64,000 bases of DNA from Kiritimatiellia bacterium (lineage in GTDB: Bacteria; Verrucomicrobiota; Kiritimatiellia; CAIVKH01): the NCBI GenBank assembly GCA_035327585.1, contig DAOLDD010000013.1, positions 5,174-69,173 of the forward strand, written 5' to 3'. Made by a program: the position numbers and the translations under genes. Below are positions 19,224 to 29,622 of this stretch, in pieces (position 1 is the stretch's first letter; each line of letters begins with the position of its first letter). The notes beneath the pieces are model-generated. The model ran no database searches and was not told the DNA's origin. It saw nothing but the letters and a program-made list of their open reading frames with translations.

Positions 19224-21680
19224 ATGCCGTATCCATTCGCACAACTTGAGCCGAAGTGGCAGGCCTGGTGGCTGGCCCACAAGACCTTCCGCACACCCGA
19301 CCAGCCGGACCCGGCGAAGCCGAAGTTCTATGCGCTGGACATGTTCCCGTATCCGAGTGGAGCGGGGCTGCATGTCGGGCATCCGGAGGGCTACACGGCT
19401 ACGGATATTCTGTGCCGCTACAAGCGGATGAAGGGGTTCAACGTGCTGCACCCGATGGGGTGGGACGCGTTCGGGCTGCCGGCGGAGCAGTACGCGATTG
19501 AGACGGGCACGCACCCGCGCGAGACGACGTATCGGAATATCGACCGGTTTCGCGCGCAGTTGCAGGCGATCGGGTTCTCCTACGACTGGGACCGCGAGTT
19601 CGCGACGACGGATGAGGACTACTACCGTTGGACGCAGTGGATTTTCCTCAAGCTCTACGAGAAGGGCCTCGCCTACCAGGCCGAGGTGCCGGTGAACTGG
19701 TGTCCCGCGCTGGGCACGGTGCTGGCGAACGAGGAGGTCATCGACGGCAAGTCGGAGCGCGGCGGGCATCCCGTCATCCGCAAGCCGATGCGCCAGTGGA
19801 TGCTGAAGATCACGGCCTACGCCGAACGCCTGCTCGAGGATCTCGAACTCGTCAACTGGCCCGAGAGCATCAAGGAGATGCAGCGGAATTGGATCGGGAA
19901 GTCGGAGGGCGCGGAGGTTCACTTCCAGGTCACCGGTCACCGCTCACCGATCACCGTCTTCACGACGCGTCCGGATACGTTGTTCGGGGCGACCTACATG
20001 GTGTTGTCGCCGGAGCATGCGCTGGTGGATGCGATCACGACGCCGGAACAGCGGGCGGCGGTGAAGGCGTATCAGGAGGCGGCATCGCGCAAGAGCGATC
20101 TCGAGCGCACGGAATTGCAGAAGACGAAGTCGGGCGTGTTCACGGGCGCGCATGCGATCAACCCGGTGAACGGCGAGCAAATTCCGATCTGGATCGCCGA
20201 CTACGTGCTCGCGGGCTACGGTACCGGCGCGATCATGGCGGTGCCCGCGCACGATACGCGCGACCACGAATTTGCGCAGACGTACAACCTGCCGATCCGT
20301 CCCGTGGTTGCCGAGGGTAGGGCGCGTTCGCCGAACGCGCCGGACGGCGGTTTCGGCGAAACCGCCCTACCTTTCGTTGGTGACGGATTTGCTGTCAATT
20401 CGCCCTTGATCGACGGGCTGCCGACGCCGGAGGCGAAGAAAAAGATCACCGCGTGGCTGGAGGAGAAAGGCCTCGGCGCGGCGCGCGTGAACTACAAATT
20501 GCGCGACTGGTTGTTCAGCCGCCAGCGGTATTGGGGCGAGCCGTTCCCTATTATTTTTGTCGATGGCGAGGCGAAGCCGCTGGGGCCGGACCAGTTGCCG
20601 GTGCGGCTGCCGGACGTGGCGACGTACAAACCGAGCGGGACGGGCGAAAGTCCGCTGTCCACGATCACCGAGTGGGTGAACACAACGGATCCGGCGACGG
20701 GCCGGTCCGCGGTGCGCGAGACGAACACGATGCCGCAGTGGGCGGGGTCGTGCTGGTACTACCTGCGATTCATCGACCCGAAGAATCCCGGCGCCCCGGT
20801 GGATCCGGCGAAGGAAAAATACTGGATGCCGGTGGACCTCTATGTCGGCGGCGCGGAACACGCGGTGCTGCACCTGCTGTATTCGCGGTTCTGGCACAAG
20901 GTGTTGTTCGACTGCGGCGTGGTGTCCACGAAGGAGCCGTTCCAGCGCCTCGTGAACCAGGGCATGATCCTGGGCGAGGACAACCAGAAGATGAGCAAGT
21001 CGCGCGGGAACGTGGTGAATCCCGACGACGTGATCAAGCAGTACGGCGCGGACGCGCTGCGGCTCTACGAGATGTTCATGGGGCCGCTGGAGGCGGTGAA
21101 GCCGTGGAGCATGCGCGGCGTCGAGGGCGTGTTCCGGTTCCTGAACCGCGTCTATCGGCTGGTGTGCGACGAGGAAACCGGCGCGTTGCTTCCCGCGGTG
21201 GCGGGGGAGCCGACGGTTGAGCAGTTGCGTCCACTGCACGCGATGTTGAAGAAGGTGGGGGACGACATTGAGGGACTGCGCTTCAACACGGCGATTTCCG
21301 CGATGATGGAATTCGTGAACGAGGCGCAGAAGTGGGAGCGTCGCCCGCGCGCGATTTTGGAACGGTTCGTCCTGGCGTTGAGCCCGCTCGCCCCGCATCT
21401 CTCGGAGGAGTTGTGGCAGAAGCTTGGCCACGACCAGAGTCTCGCCTACGAGCCGTGGCCTGCATACGACTCCGCGTTGTTGGTCTCGGACACCATGGAG
21501 ATTCCCGTGCAGGTGAATGGCAAACTGCGCGGCAAGATCGTGGTGCCCGTCGGCGCCGACCAGGACGCCATCGTCGCCGCCGCCCAAGCCGATGAGGGTG
21601 TGCAGTCGCATCTCGCGGGGAAAACGCTGCGCAAGACCATTTTCGTGCCCGGCCGGCTGTTGAATTTCGTGGTTTCTTAG
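19224..21680 (+). CDS. leuS: Leucine--tRNA ligase
   Basis: [14 protein letters not shown] (HIGH), [42 protein letters not shown] and [11 protein letters not shown] at 19224. Confidence 0.98.
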   Translation: MPYPFAQLEPKWQAWWLAHKTFRTPDQPDPAKPKFYALDMFPYPSGAGLHVGHPEGYTATDILCRYKRMKGFNVLHPMGWDAFGLPAEQYAIETGTHPRETTYRNIDRFRAQLQAIGFSYDWDREFATTDEDYYRWTQWIFLKLYEKGLAYQAEVPVNWCPALGTVLANEEVIDGKSERGGHPVIRKPMRQWMLKITAYAERLLEDLELVNWPESIKEMQRNWIGKSEGAEVHFQVTGHRSPITVFTTRPDTLFGATYMVLSPEHALVDAITTPEQRAAVKAYQEAASRKSDLERTELQKTKSGVFTGAHAINPVNGEQIPIWIADYVLAGYGTGAIMAVPAHDTRDHEFAQTYNLPIRPVVAEGRARSPNAPDGGFGETALPFVGDGFAVNSPLIDGLPTPEAKKKITAWLEEKGLGAARVNYKLRDWLFSRQRYWGEPFPIIFVDGEAKPLGPDQLPVRLPDVATYKPSGTGESPLSTITEWVNTTDPATGRSAVRETNTMPQWAGSCWYYLRFIDPKNPGAPVDPAKEKYWMPVDLYVGGAEHAVLHLLYSRFWHKVLFDCGVVSTKEPFQRLVNQGMILGEDNQKMSKSRGNVVNPDDVIKQYGADALRLYEMFMGPLEAVKPWSMRGVEGVFRFLNRVYRLVCDEETGALLPAVAGEPTVEQLRPLHAMLKKVGDDIEGLRFNTAISAMMEFVNEAQKWERRPRAILERFVLALSPLAPHLSEELWQKLGHDQSLAYEPWPAYDSALLVSDTMEIPVQVNGKLRGKIVVPVGADQDAIVAAAQADEGVQSHLAGKTLRKTIFVPGRLLNFVVS
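19929..19956 (+). repeat. Four tandem NTCACCG heptamers inside leuS
   Basis: GTCACCG GTCACCG CTCACCG ATCACCG, translated as VTGHRSPIT. Confidence 0.8.
20316..20371. repeat. GTAG REP doublet (family B) in frame inside leuS
   Basis: GTAG-GGCGCGTTC-GCC-GAACGCGCC, spacer GGAC, then GGCGGTTTC-GGC-GAAACCGCC-CTAC. GTAG to CTAC is 54 bp, translated as [19 protein letters not shown]. Confidence 0.88.
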
Positions 21681-21686
21681 AAAAAA

Positions 21687-21716
21687 CGGAAAACAGGAAG
21701 ACGGGAAGACGGAAAA
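21687..21716 (+). repeat. Left 7/8-mer array of the four-helix-bundle cassette
   Basis: CGGAAAA CAGGAAGA CGGGAAGA CGGAAAA, starting 6 nt after the leuS stop codon. Confidence 0.85.
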
Positions 21717-21727
21717 AAGGGGGGGCG

Positions 21728-22267
21728 ATGAAGACCTTTGAGGACTTGCCGGTCTGGAAGGCGGGGCGGGAGTTGGTCCGGCGGGTCTACGGGTTTTCGC
21801 GCAAGATTTCCGACCCGGGGTTTTGCGAACAAATCCAACGCGCGGCGGTTTCCGTGCCGTCGAACATCGCCGAGGGCCATGAGCGGGGATCGACGCCGGA
21901 TTTGATCCACTTTCTTTTCATCGCGAAGGGCAGCACAGGTGAGGTGCGTTCGCAACTGTACAACGCGGAGGACCTCGGATATCTGGCTGCCGACGAGGCG
22001 CAGAACTTGCGGCAGGCGTGTCTCGATATCAGCCGTCAGCTCTCCGGCTGGATCCAGTCGATGCAGACGCCCAATTTCCGGGGAGGTCCCCGCCATCACA
22101 AGGAACCTGATCGCGCGTGGGACCGCTTCGTTGAGAAAGCCGGCCTCGAACGCCAGCCGGATGGGCGTTTCATCAAGGTGCGGGAAGCGGGTGTTGTGTA
22201 CGGAAAACGGAAGACGGGAAAACGGAAAACTGGAAAACGGAAGACGGAAGACATGAAGATGGAATAG
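21728..22267 (+). CDS. Four helix bundle protein (23S rRNA IVP / TIGR02436, Avd-like fold) with repeat-encoded basic tail
   Basis: FEDLPVWK...QIQRAAVSVPSNIAEGHERGS...FLFIAKGSTGEVRSQL...DLGYL; C-terminal GKRKT x3 encoded by the repeat array. Confidence 0.92.
   Translation: MKTFEDLPVWKAGRELVRRVYGFSRKISDPGFCEQIQRAAVSVPSNIAEGHERGSTPDLIHFLFIAKGSTGEVRSQLYNAEDLGYLAADEAQNLRQACLDISRQLSGWIQSMQTPNFRGGPRHHKEPDRAWDRFVEKAGLERQPDGRFIKVREAGVVYGKRKTGKRKTGKRKTEDMKME
22201..22259 (+). repeat. Internal direct 7/8-mer array at the 3' end of the four-helix-bundle CDS
   Basis: CGGAAAA CGGAAGA CGGGAAAA CGGAAAA CTGGAAAA CGGAAGA CGGAAGA CATGAAGA. Confidence 0.85.
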
Positions 22268-22278
22268 GTGCGCGGTTC

Positions 22279-22309
22279 TTTTTTCCGTCTTCCTGTCTTC
22301 CGTTTTCCG
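22279..22309 (-). repeat. Right (inverted) 7/8-mer array of the cassette
   Basis: Reverse complement is CGGAAAA CGGAAGA CAGGAAGA CGGAAAAAA, a near mirror of the left array. Confidence 0.85.
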
Positions 22310-22428
22310 CTCCTTAACACTCCCTTTACAATTGACCCGGTGAACCGGAACCGGCAGCATTTACGTACTTTGCAACGAAGGATGAGGATGCCGTCACGCT
22401 GAAGTGCGTGATTTAGGGGAGGAATCAC

Positions 22429-24870
<2,442 letters not shown>

Positions 24871-24883
24871 TCAGGAGACCTTC

Positions 24884-25648
24884 ATGAAGACGCATCTCTA
24901 TTTCATGTGCTACCAGTCGGAAGCGCTCGTCGCGTCCCACCTCAACGCCGCCGAGTTCGGCGCCTACATGGCCGTAGGCACGCGGAAACACACCTCGGGC
25001 AACGTGGTGTTCTTCGAGGTTGACCCGGCGGCTGCCGCGAAGACACTGCCCATCGTGGCGGATATCGACAAGCGCTGCCAGCCGCACCCGGATGGATCGC
25101 CGCGCCGCAGCAAATATCTGAGCATCTATCGCGTGCTGGAACATCTGCCGCTCGAAGCGCTGGGCAAGCTGTACCTCGTCACGCGGGATGGCCGCGTGCT
25201 CGGGCTCGACGGCAAGAACTACGATGGCGCGAAAGACGAGCGCGGGCCGAACCTCTACACGGAACTTTGTCCGGTTACGCCGCGTGTCGTGTCGTTTCTT
25301 CCGCCGGCCGGTTTCGCGAAGTTCATCAGCGACCCGGCGAATCCGATCCACGTGCCGCGCCTGTTCTTCGCCGATTCGCTGTTGGACCGCGAAGCGGACG
25401 GTCATTTGGCGGGCTATCTGCCGTACCAGAATCCCGAGCACATCGCGGACTGCATCAACGATGTCGCCGTGGCGGAGAAAGCCGCGAAGACCGTCGAGCG
25501 CAATCCGAAGCTGATCGCCTTCTACCGCACCATCCGGCGCGGGTTCTTTGTCGGCGATCAGACCGGCGTGAAGTTCTATCCCTTCCCGTCCCGCGACGAG
25601 CTGGACGAGACGCACCACCTCTGGTGGCGCTCCGCCTCGCTGGATTAA
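24884..25648 (+). CDS. Conserved hypothetical protein with internal two-fold repeat
   Basis: Genome-typical codon use, AGGAGA RBS, 13 nt after hppA. HLYFMCY...ASHLNAAEFG resembles NLYTELC...SFLPPAGFA. No family recognised. Confidence 0.7.
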   Translation: MKTHLYFMCYQSEALVASHLNAAEFGAYMAVGTRKHTSGNVVFFEVDPAAAAKTLPIVADIDKRCQPHPDGSPRRSKYLSIYRVLEHLPLEALGKLYLVTRDGRVLGLDGKNYDGAKDERGPNLYTELCPVTPRVVSFLPPAGFAKFISDPANPIHVPRLFFADSLLDREADGHLAGYLPYQNPEHIADCINDVAVAEKAAKTVERNPKLIAFYRTIRRGFFVGDQTGVKFYPFPSRDELDETHHLWWRSASLD

Positions 25649-25705
25649 GGGTTGGCGCGAGGCGCGCCAATCCTCGTCCGCCCCCGGCGTGCGCGGCTGC
25701 CGCGC

Positions 25706-25733
25706 TTGACCCTTCGGCGGCGCGCACTACTAT
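25706..25733 (+). promoter_or_regulatory. Sigma70 promoter for tRNA-Ser
   Basis: TTGACC-N16-TACTAT. Confidence 0.7.
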
Positions 25734-25762
25734 TGCAGCGCTCTGTATGTAGTGTCGGCTTC

Positions 25763-25825
25763 TGTAGCCGCGCCCGCCGGGAGCGGTTGGTGGATTAATC
25801 CGCCGTCCTAAACGCGGGCGACTAC
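25763..25825. repeat. Degenerate GTAG-bounded palindromic element in the tRNA leader
   Basis: TGTAG at 25763 and CTACA at 25821-25825, with imperfect GC hairpins and a central GGATTAATCC palindrome. Confidence 0.45.
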
Positions 25826-25845
25826 AAGGGCGTACATTTTCCGGC

Positions 25846-25932
25846 GGAGGGATGGCTGAGTGGTTTAAGGCATCGGTCTTGAAAACCGACGGGCTCGCAA
25901 GGGCCCCGTGAGTTCGAATCTCACTCCCTCCG
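25846..25932 (+). tRNA. tRNA-Ser (anticodon TGA), CCA not encoded
   Basis: GGAGGGA/TCCCTCC acceptor stem, D-loop GAGTGGTTTAAGG, anticodon arm TCGGT-CTTGAAA-ACCGA, long variable arm and GTTCGAATC T-loop. Confidence 0.97.
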
Positions 25933-25962
25933 GGTTTTGTTCCACCCGGCGGAACAAAATCC
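25933..25962. terminator. Hairpin after tRNA-Ser (possible bidirectional terminator)
   Basis: TTTTGTTCC-ACCCGGC-GGAACAAAA. Confidence 0.5.
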
Positions 25963-25986
25963 ACAACGCAAACCCATATGCCGTGT

Positions 25987-27045
25987 TCAGGGCGCGGCGA
26001 GCAACCGAACCTCATCGGGCGTGAGGGCGCGGGTGTAGACGCGAACCTCGTCCACCAAGCCGTCGAACACGACGTTGCCGTTGCTCCAGCCCTGCCGTGC
26101 GCCAACATAAAATGGGTGCGCCAGATCAATGTTCAGGTCGGCAAATGACTGGGCTGCTGATTCCACGCCGTTGACGTAGACAATGCCGCGCGCGCCGTCG
26201 TAGACGCAGGCGATATGGGTCCATTCCCCAACGGGTAGCTGCTGGGCCGGGGTGTTGACGACGCGATCGTTGGCGGGGCGACCCCAGAAATTCATATAGA
26301 GCCGCCCGTCATGGGTCGACCACACGTGCGGACCGTACCGATAATTGTTGGAGCTGAATTCAAGCAGCGGCGCGTGTTGTGCGAGCCGCGGCTTGATCCA
26401 GGCGGAAAACGAAAAGCGCGTGGTCGTCAGGGTTGGCGTCGCGGGAAACGAGAGAAACGATGCGCCGCCGTCGCATACGAGCGCCTTCCCGGTATGGCCC
26501 TCATCGGTCAGGGTGGGGGGACGCGGTGCGCGCGCGTGGTTCATCTGGCCGCTCTGGTCGTGCAGCGCCGCCGCGCCCTCGCCGTCAAACGTGTAGTGCA
26601 GCAGCAGCCCGTCCGACAGGGAATCCGCCCAGGCTTTTTCGCCGCCCGCGCGCGCGAAGGTCATGCGCAGGATGTCCCGCACTGGTAATTCAAGCGGCCC
26701 GTAAGGCGAGGCGAGGTTAAGCTGTTTAGCCGAGAGTTCGCCTGAAATCCGGTCTCGGCTGGCCAGCCCGACCACGGCGCGTGTTGCGTCGTCCGCGGGT
26801 TCAAATCGAATCTCCGCGAGATCTTCGAGCGGGATATTCAGCGTGCCATGCGGGGTTGCGAGGTCCACGCGGGTGAAGGTGGGCGCGCCTTTGAGTACCG
26901 AGCCGTTTCGCATCGTCGCGGTCGCTGTGTGCGCGGGGCGGGTGTCCGCCTCCTGCGTATAGGCTGTGGCGCACGACATGGTGGCCATGGCGGGCAGGAT
27001 GGCGGTCAATGTTCGCCGGAGCAGTCGGTTCGCCGTGGTGTTCAT
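25987..27045 (-). CDS. Secreted LamG-domain protein
   Basis: Signal peptide; LLLHYTFDG...HDQSG...WTHIACVYDG...YVNG...GLVDEVRVYTRAL. Confidence 0.85.
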   Translation of the reverse strand: MNTTANRLLRRTLTAILPAMATMSCATAYTQEADTRPAHTATATMRNGSVLKGAPTFTRVDLATPHGTLNIPLEDLAEIRFEPADDATRAVVGLASRDRISGELSAKQLNLASPYGPLELPVRDILRMTFARAGGEKAWADSLSDGLLLHYTFDGEGAAALHDQSGQMNHARAPRPPTLTDEGHTGKALVCDGGASFLSFPATPTLTTTRFSFSAWIKPRLAQHAPLLEFSSNNYRYGPHVWSTHDGRLYMNFWGRPANDRVVNTPAQQLPVGEWTHIACVYDGARGIVYVNGVESAAQSFADLNIDLAHPFYVGARQGWSNGNVVFDGLVDEVRVYTRALTPDEVRLLAAP

Positions 27046-27051
27046 GTCGGC

Positions 27052-27080
27052 AGTCTAGGCGATAATTCGCGCCGTGTCAG
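27052..27080 (-). promoter_or_regulatory. Sigma70 promoter, probably leaderless
   Basis: Minus strand CTGACA-N17-TAGACT, 6 nt before the ATG at 27045. Confidence 0.55.
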
Positions 27081-27092
27081 TCACAATACTCG

Positions 27093-28289
27093 TCATGGAG
27101 CGGGTTCAAAGCGCCACTGAATGCGTGCGCCGGGGGCGACGAGAAAGCTTGGTGCGACGGCTTCCTTTTGACCTTCGCGCCGCAAGCGGATTTCATGCCG
27201 ATTGCCCTCGGACAGGACAATCTCGCAGGGGGTCTCCACGGGCAGCCCGTCCACCGTGACCTCCACGCCGTCCACGAGCACGCGCGCGCCTGGCGGCAGG
27301 GTGCGCACCGGGATCCGAATTTGCGCCGGGGGCGGCGGCAAGGCCGATCCATCGGCCTCCAGTTGGAATCCCGCCTGCAGGGGCCAGTGCGCGAACCGCA
27401 CGCGGATGGTCAAATCGCGCCGGCCGTCGGGGCTCGGCCACTGGTCCAGCGTGATCGGCGCATGGTCGGGCAGGTGAACAATGCGCATTGGGTATCCGCC
27501 GGGTGGGATGCGCCGCAGCGCTTCATAGGACCAATCGGAGGTCACCATCTCGATGGGATTGAAGTACGACCCCGTGGTCATCCCCTGGCGATTGAACACC
27601 TGGAGTCCGATCAGGGCCTCCGATTTCATTGTGGCGGTCCAGCGTCCAACGGGGACCCAATTGGTGCTCTCGCCGCGTTGCGCGATTACATTGTCGGCGA
27701 GGGCGGGCGCTGTCGGCAGGCTCAATTGAATCGCATCCGGTGTCCGCGGGGGCGCGTTCACCACGGCGGGGGGCGGGGTCGTGGTCGCGGCGGGCGGTGC
27801 GGGCGTGAGTGCGGGATTCGAGATGCGGGCCGAGGGTCGCGGCACGGTCGTCGGCGTGGAAAATGCCCGCGCGGCGTCGGGATATCGCGCGTCCAAAGCA
27901 GCTCGTGCGTCTGTGTATTCCGTATGGTGCTTGTCGCGTTCCGCTTTCAGTTCTGCGAGCATCACTGCAAGCGCCGCGCGACGCGATTCCGGAGGGGTGA
28001 AATCGCCTTTGTTGCGCAGCTCACGTTCCGCGGATTCCAGCAGGCGGATGGCCTCGGAAAATGCGGCCGTGTCCGCCGGGTTGCGCGTCCGCATCGCCTC
28101 ATTAAGGCGTGCGCGTGACGTCCGGAGCTGCTGCTCCAGCAGGGCGCCCAGTTGCTCGCGCTTCGCCGTGTCCAAACGCGCGCGTGCCGTTGCATAGGTG
28201 GCGCCATCGTCCGCCCGTGACGTCATCGCGCCGCAGCACGCGAGCGCGAGGACCAGACAAATGCTATTTCGCAGGCGTTTCACAGGCAT
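27093..28289 (-). CDS. Secreted protein with helical N-terminus, Pro/Thr linker and C-terminal PEGA domain
   Basis: Signal peptide; TPAPPAATTTPPP linker; VRTLPPGARVLVDG...TPCEIVL...HEIRLRREG. Confidence 0.75.
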   Translation of the reverse strand: MPVKRLRNSICLVLALACCGAMTSRADDGATYATARARLDTAKREQLGALLEQQLRTSRARLNEAMRTRNPADTAAFSEAIRLLESAERELRNKGDFTPPESRRAALAVMLAELKAERDKHHTEYTDARAALDARYPDAARAFSTPTTVPRPSARISNPALTPAPPAATTTPPPAVVNAPPRTPDAIQLSLPTAPALADNVIAQRGESTNWVPVGRWTATMKSEALIGLQVFNRQGMTTGSYFNPIEMVTSDWSYEALRRIPPGGYPMRIVHLPDHAPITLDQWPSPDGRRDLTIRVRFAHWPLQAGFQLEADGSALPPPPAQIRIPVRTLPPGARVLVDGVEVTVDGLPVETPCEIVLSEGNRHEIRLRREGQKEAVAPSFLVAPGARIQWRFEPAP

Positions 28290-28339
28290 CCCACTTTCGA
28301 GGCAGAGGCATCATCCCACCCGCCGCCTCGCCGGTCAGC

Positions 28340-28375
28340 CACAAAAGTGGGGTCAGCCCCCAAAATAGCAAATAG
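28340..28375 (+). repeat. Left terminal inverted repeat of the RAYT-like element
   Basis: CACAAAA-G-TGGGGTCAGCCCCCAAAATAGCAAATAG; the inner 28 bp are a perfect inverse of 29428-29455. Confidence 0.92.
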
Positions 28376-28378
28376 AGC

Positions 28379-28406
28379 TTGCCGCCACTATTTGCGCGTG
28401 TAGAGT
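28379..28406 (+). promoter_or_regulatory. Internal sigma70 promoter of the transposase, probably leaderless
   Basis: TTGCCG-N16-TAGAGT, 7 nt before the ATG at 28414. Confidence 0.5.
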
Positions 28407-28413
28407 CAGGTCT

Positions 28414-29424
28414 ATGGCGCGACCATTGAGGCTTCAGTATGCCGGGGCGATTTATCACGTCACCTTCCGCGGCAATGAAAAACGCAACATTTTTCACGAC
28501 GATTTGGATCGACGCCGCATGCTCGAGACCATGAAGGGATCCGCTGCTCTTTACGGAGTGCGGGCTTTTCTCGTCTGTCTAATGCCAAATCACGTCCACC
28601 TGCTCGTCGAAACACCGCGCGGTAATCTTTCTTCTTTTATGGGCCGCCTACTGACTGCGTATTCCGTGTATTTCAACCGACGTCATCAGCGTGTCGGCCA
28701 CTTGACGCAAGGGCGCTACAAGGCGCAGGTGGTGGAGGGCGACGCCTATTTGATGAAACTCAGCCGTTACATCCATCTCAATCCCGTACAGACCAAAGCC
28801 TTGCGCGATCTGCCGCTGCCAGAACGCCGTCGCCTGTTGCGAAACTTTCCCTGGAGTACTTATCGCGGCTACGCTGGTCTCGATGAGAAGTGGGACTGGA
28901 TTGAGTTCGAACCTGTGTGGGGGTTGCTGCCGAAGTCCGCGGGAGAGCGTGCGGAGCTGGCTTACCGATCGTATGTTGAGACTGGATTGGCCACGACGGA
29001 CGAAGATTTCCTCGAAGCGTACAGTAATGCGCGATTGGCGCTCGGTCCCGATGATTTCCGGCGAGGCGTGGAAGGCCGACACTTAAAACTGTTGAAGGCG
29101 TCCCGCTCGAAGGAGGATGTAGCATTTCGCCGCGCCCCGGCGCTCCAATCCGCACAAACGATATGTCAGGCCGTTGCCACCGTTTTTGGCGTGCCCATGG
29201 CGGAGTTGGTTCGGCGCAAACGTGGCCACCCGGCGAGGGCTGCGCTGTGTTGGTATCTCGTTCATTCGGGAGGATTAACGCAACGAAACGTCGCAGAACT
29301 GGTTGGGTTGCAGGGCGGAACCGCCGTTGCCTATCAATTGAAGCTGTGGGCCACGCGCTGGTCCATACTCGACGAAATAGCACCCATGAAGTCAGCGCTA
29401 AACAGCATGCTCGGAGAGAAGTGA
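28414..29424 (+). CDS. Y1 HUH transposase (RAYT/IS200-like) with C-terminal DnaA-domain-IV-like HTH
   Basis: MARPLR...YHVTFRGN, CLMPNHVHLL (HUH), QGRYKA, RYIHLNPV (catalytic Tyr) and PWSTY; C-terminal helical HTH. Confidence 0.93.
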   Translation: MARPLRLQYAGAIYHVTFRGNEKRNIFHDDLDRRRMLETMKGSAALYGVRAFLVCLMPNHVHLLVETPRGNLSSFMGRLLTAYSVYFNRRHQRVGHLTQGRYKAQVVEGDAYLMKLSRYIHLNPVQTKALRDLPLPERRRLLRNFPWSTYRGYAGLDEKWDWIEFEPVWGLLPKSAGERAELAYRSYVETGLATTDEDFLEAYSNARLALGPDDFRRGVEGRHLKLLKASRSKEDVAFRRAPALQSAQTICQAVATVFGVPMAELVRRKRGHPARAALCWYLVHSGGLTQRNVAELVGLQGGTAVAYQLKLWATRWSILDEIAPMKSALNSMLGEK

Positions 29425-29427
29425 TCA

Positions 29428-29462
29428 CTATTTGCTATTTTGGGGGCTGACCCCATTTTGTG
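29428..29462 (-). repeat. Right terminal inverted repeat of the RAYT-like element
   Basis: CTATTTGCTATTTTGGGGGCTGACCCCA-TTTTGTG. Confidence 0.92.
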
Positions 29463-29622
29463 AGAGTGCTTGATGATGGGTGCCATTTGAATCCCTGCTA
29501 TTTACAGACCTGATGCATCCGTGTTATTTCTCTAACAGAGTCATAACGTTTTTCTGATGCACGTGTTCCGGTCATTGACCGCTCATGACCGTCGTGTTCC
29601 ATGTGTGGGGGGCGTACGTCAA

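Larger units (their letters stand above)
28340..29462 (+). mobile_element. TIR-bounded RAYT/TnpA(REP)-like HUH (Y1) transposase element
   Basis: 35/36-bp TIRs tightly enclose a single intact transposase ORF with visibly lower GC than the flanking genes. No target duplication seen. Confidence 0.85.

Noticed and set aside
21728-22267. Four-helix-bundle gene as part of a diversity-generating retroelement or a 23S rRNA intervening sequence
   Set aside because: No reverse transcriptase, no TR/VR pair differing at adenines and no rRNA sequence in the window.
22320-22428. Known Na+/Li+ or other Rfam riboswitch before hppA, and T-box before leuS
   Set aside because: I could not match any consensus by eye; only short alternative hairpins were seen and these are reported separately.
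28414-29424. This RAYT-like enzyme as the mobiliser of the GTAG REPs in the window
   Set aside because: It is flanked by TIRs, not by REP/REPIN copies; REP-mobilising RAYTs normally sit among their cognate REPs. It cannot be excluded, but nothing here supports it.
25846-29462. Integrative element or prophage at tRNA-Ser
   Set aside because: No integrase, phage genes or duplicated tRNA 3' end (att site) found in the window; kept only as a weak island hypothesis.
28330-29470. Target-site duplication around the RAYT-like element
   Set aside because: Flanks (GCCGGTCAGC / AGAGTGCTTG) share no direct repeat.
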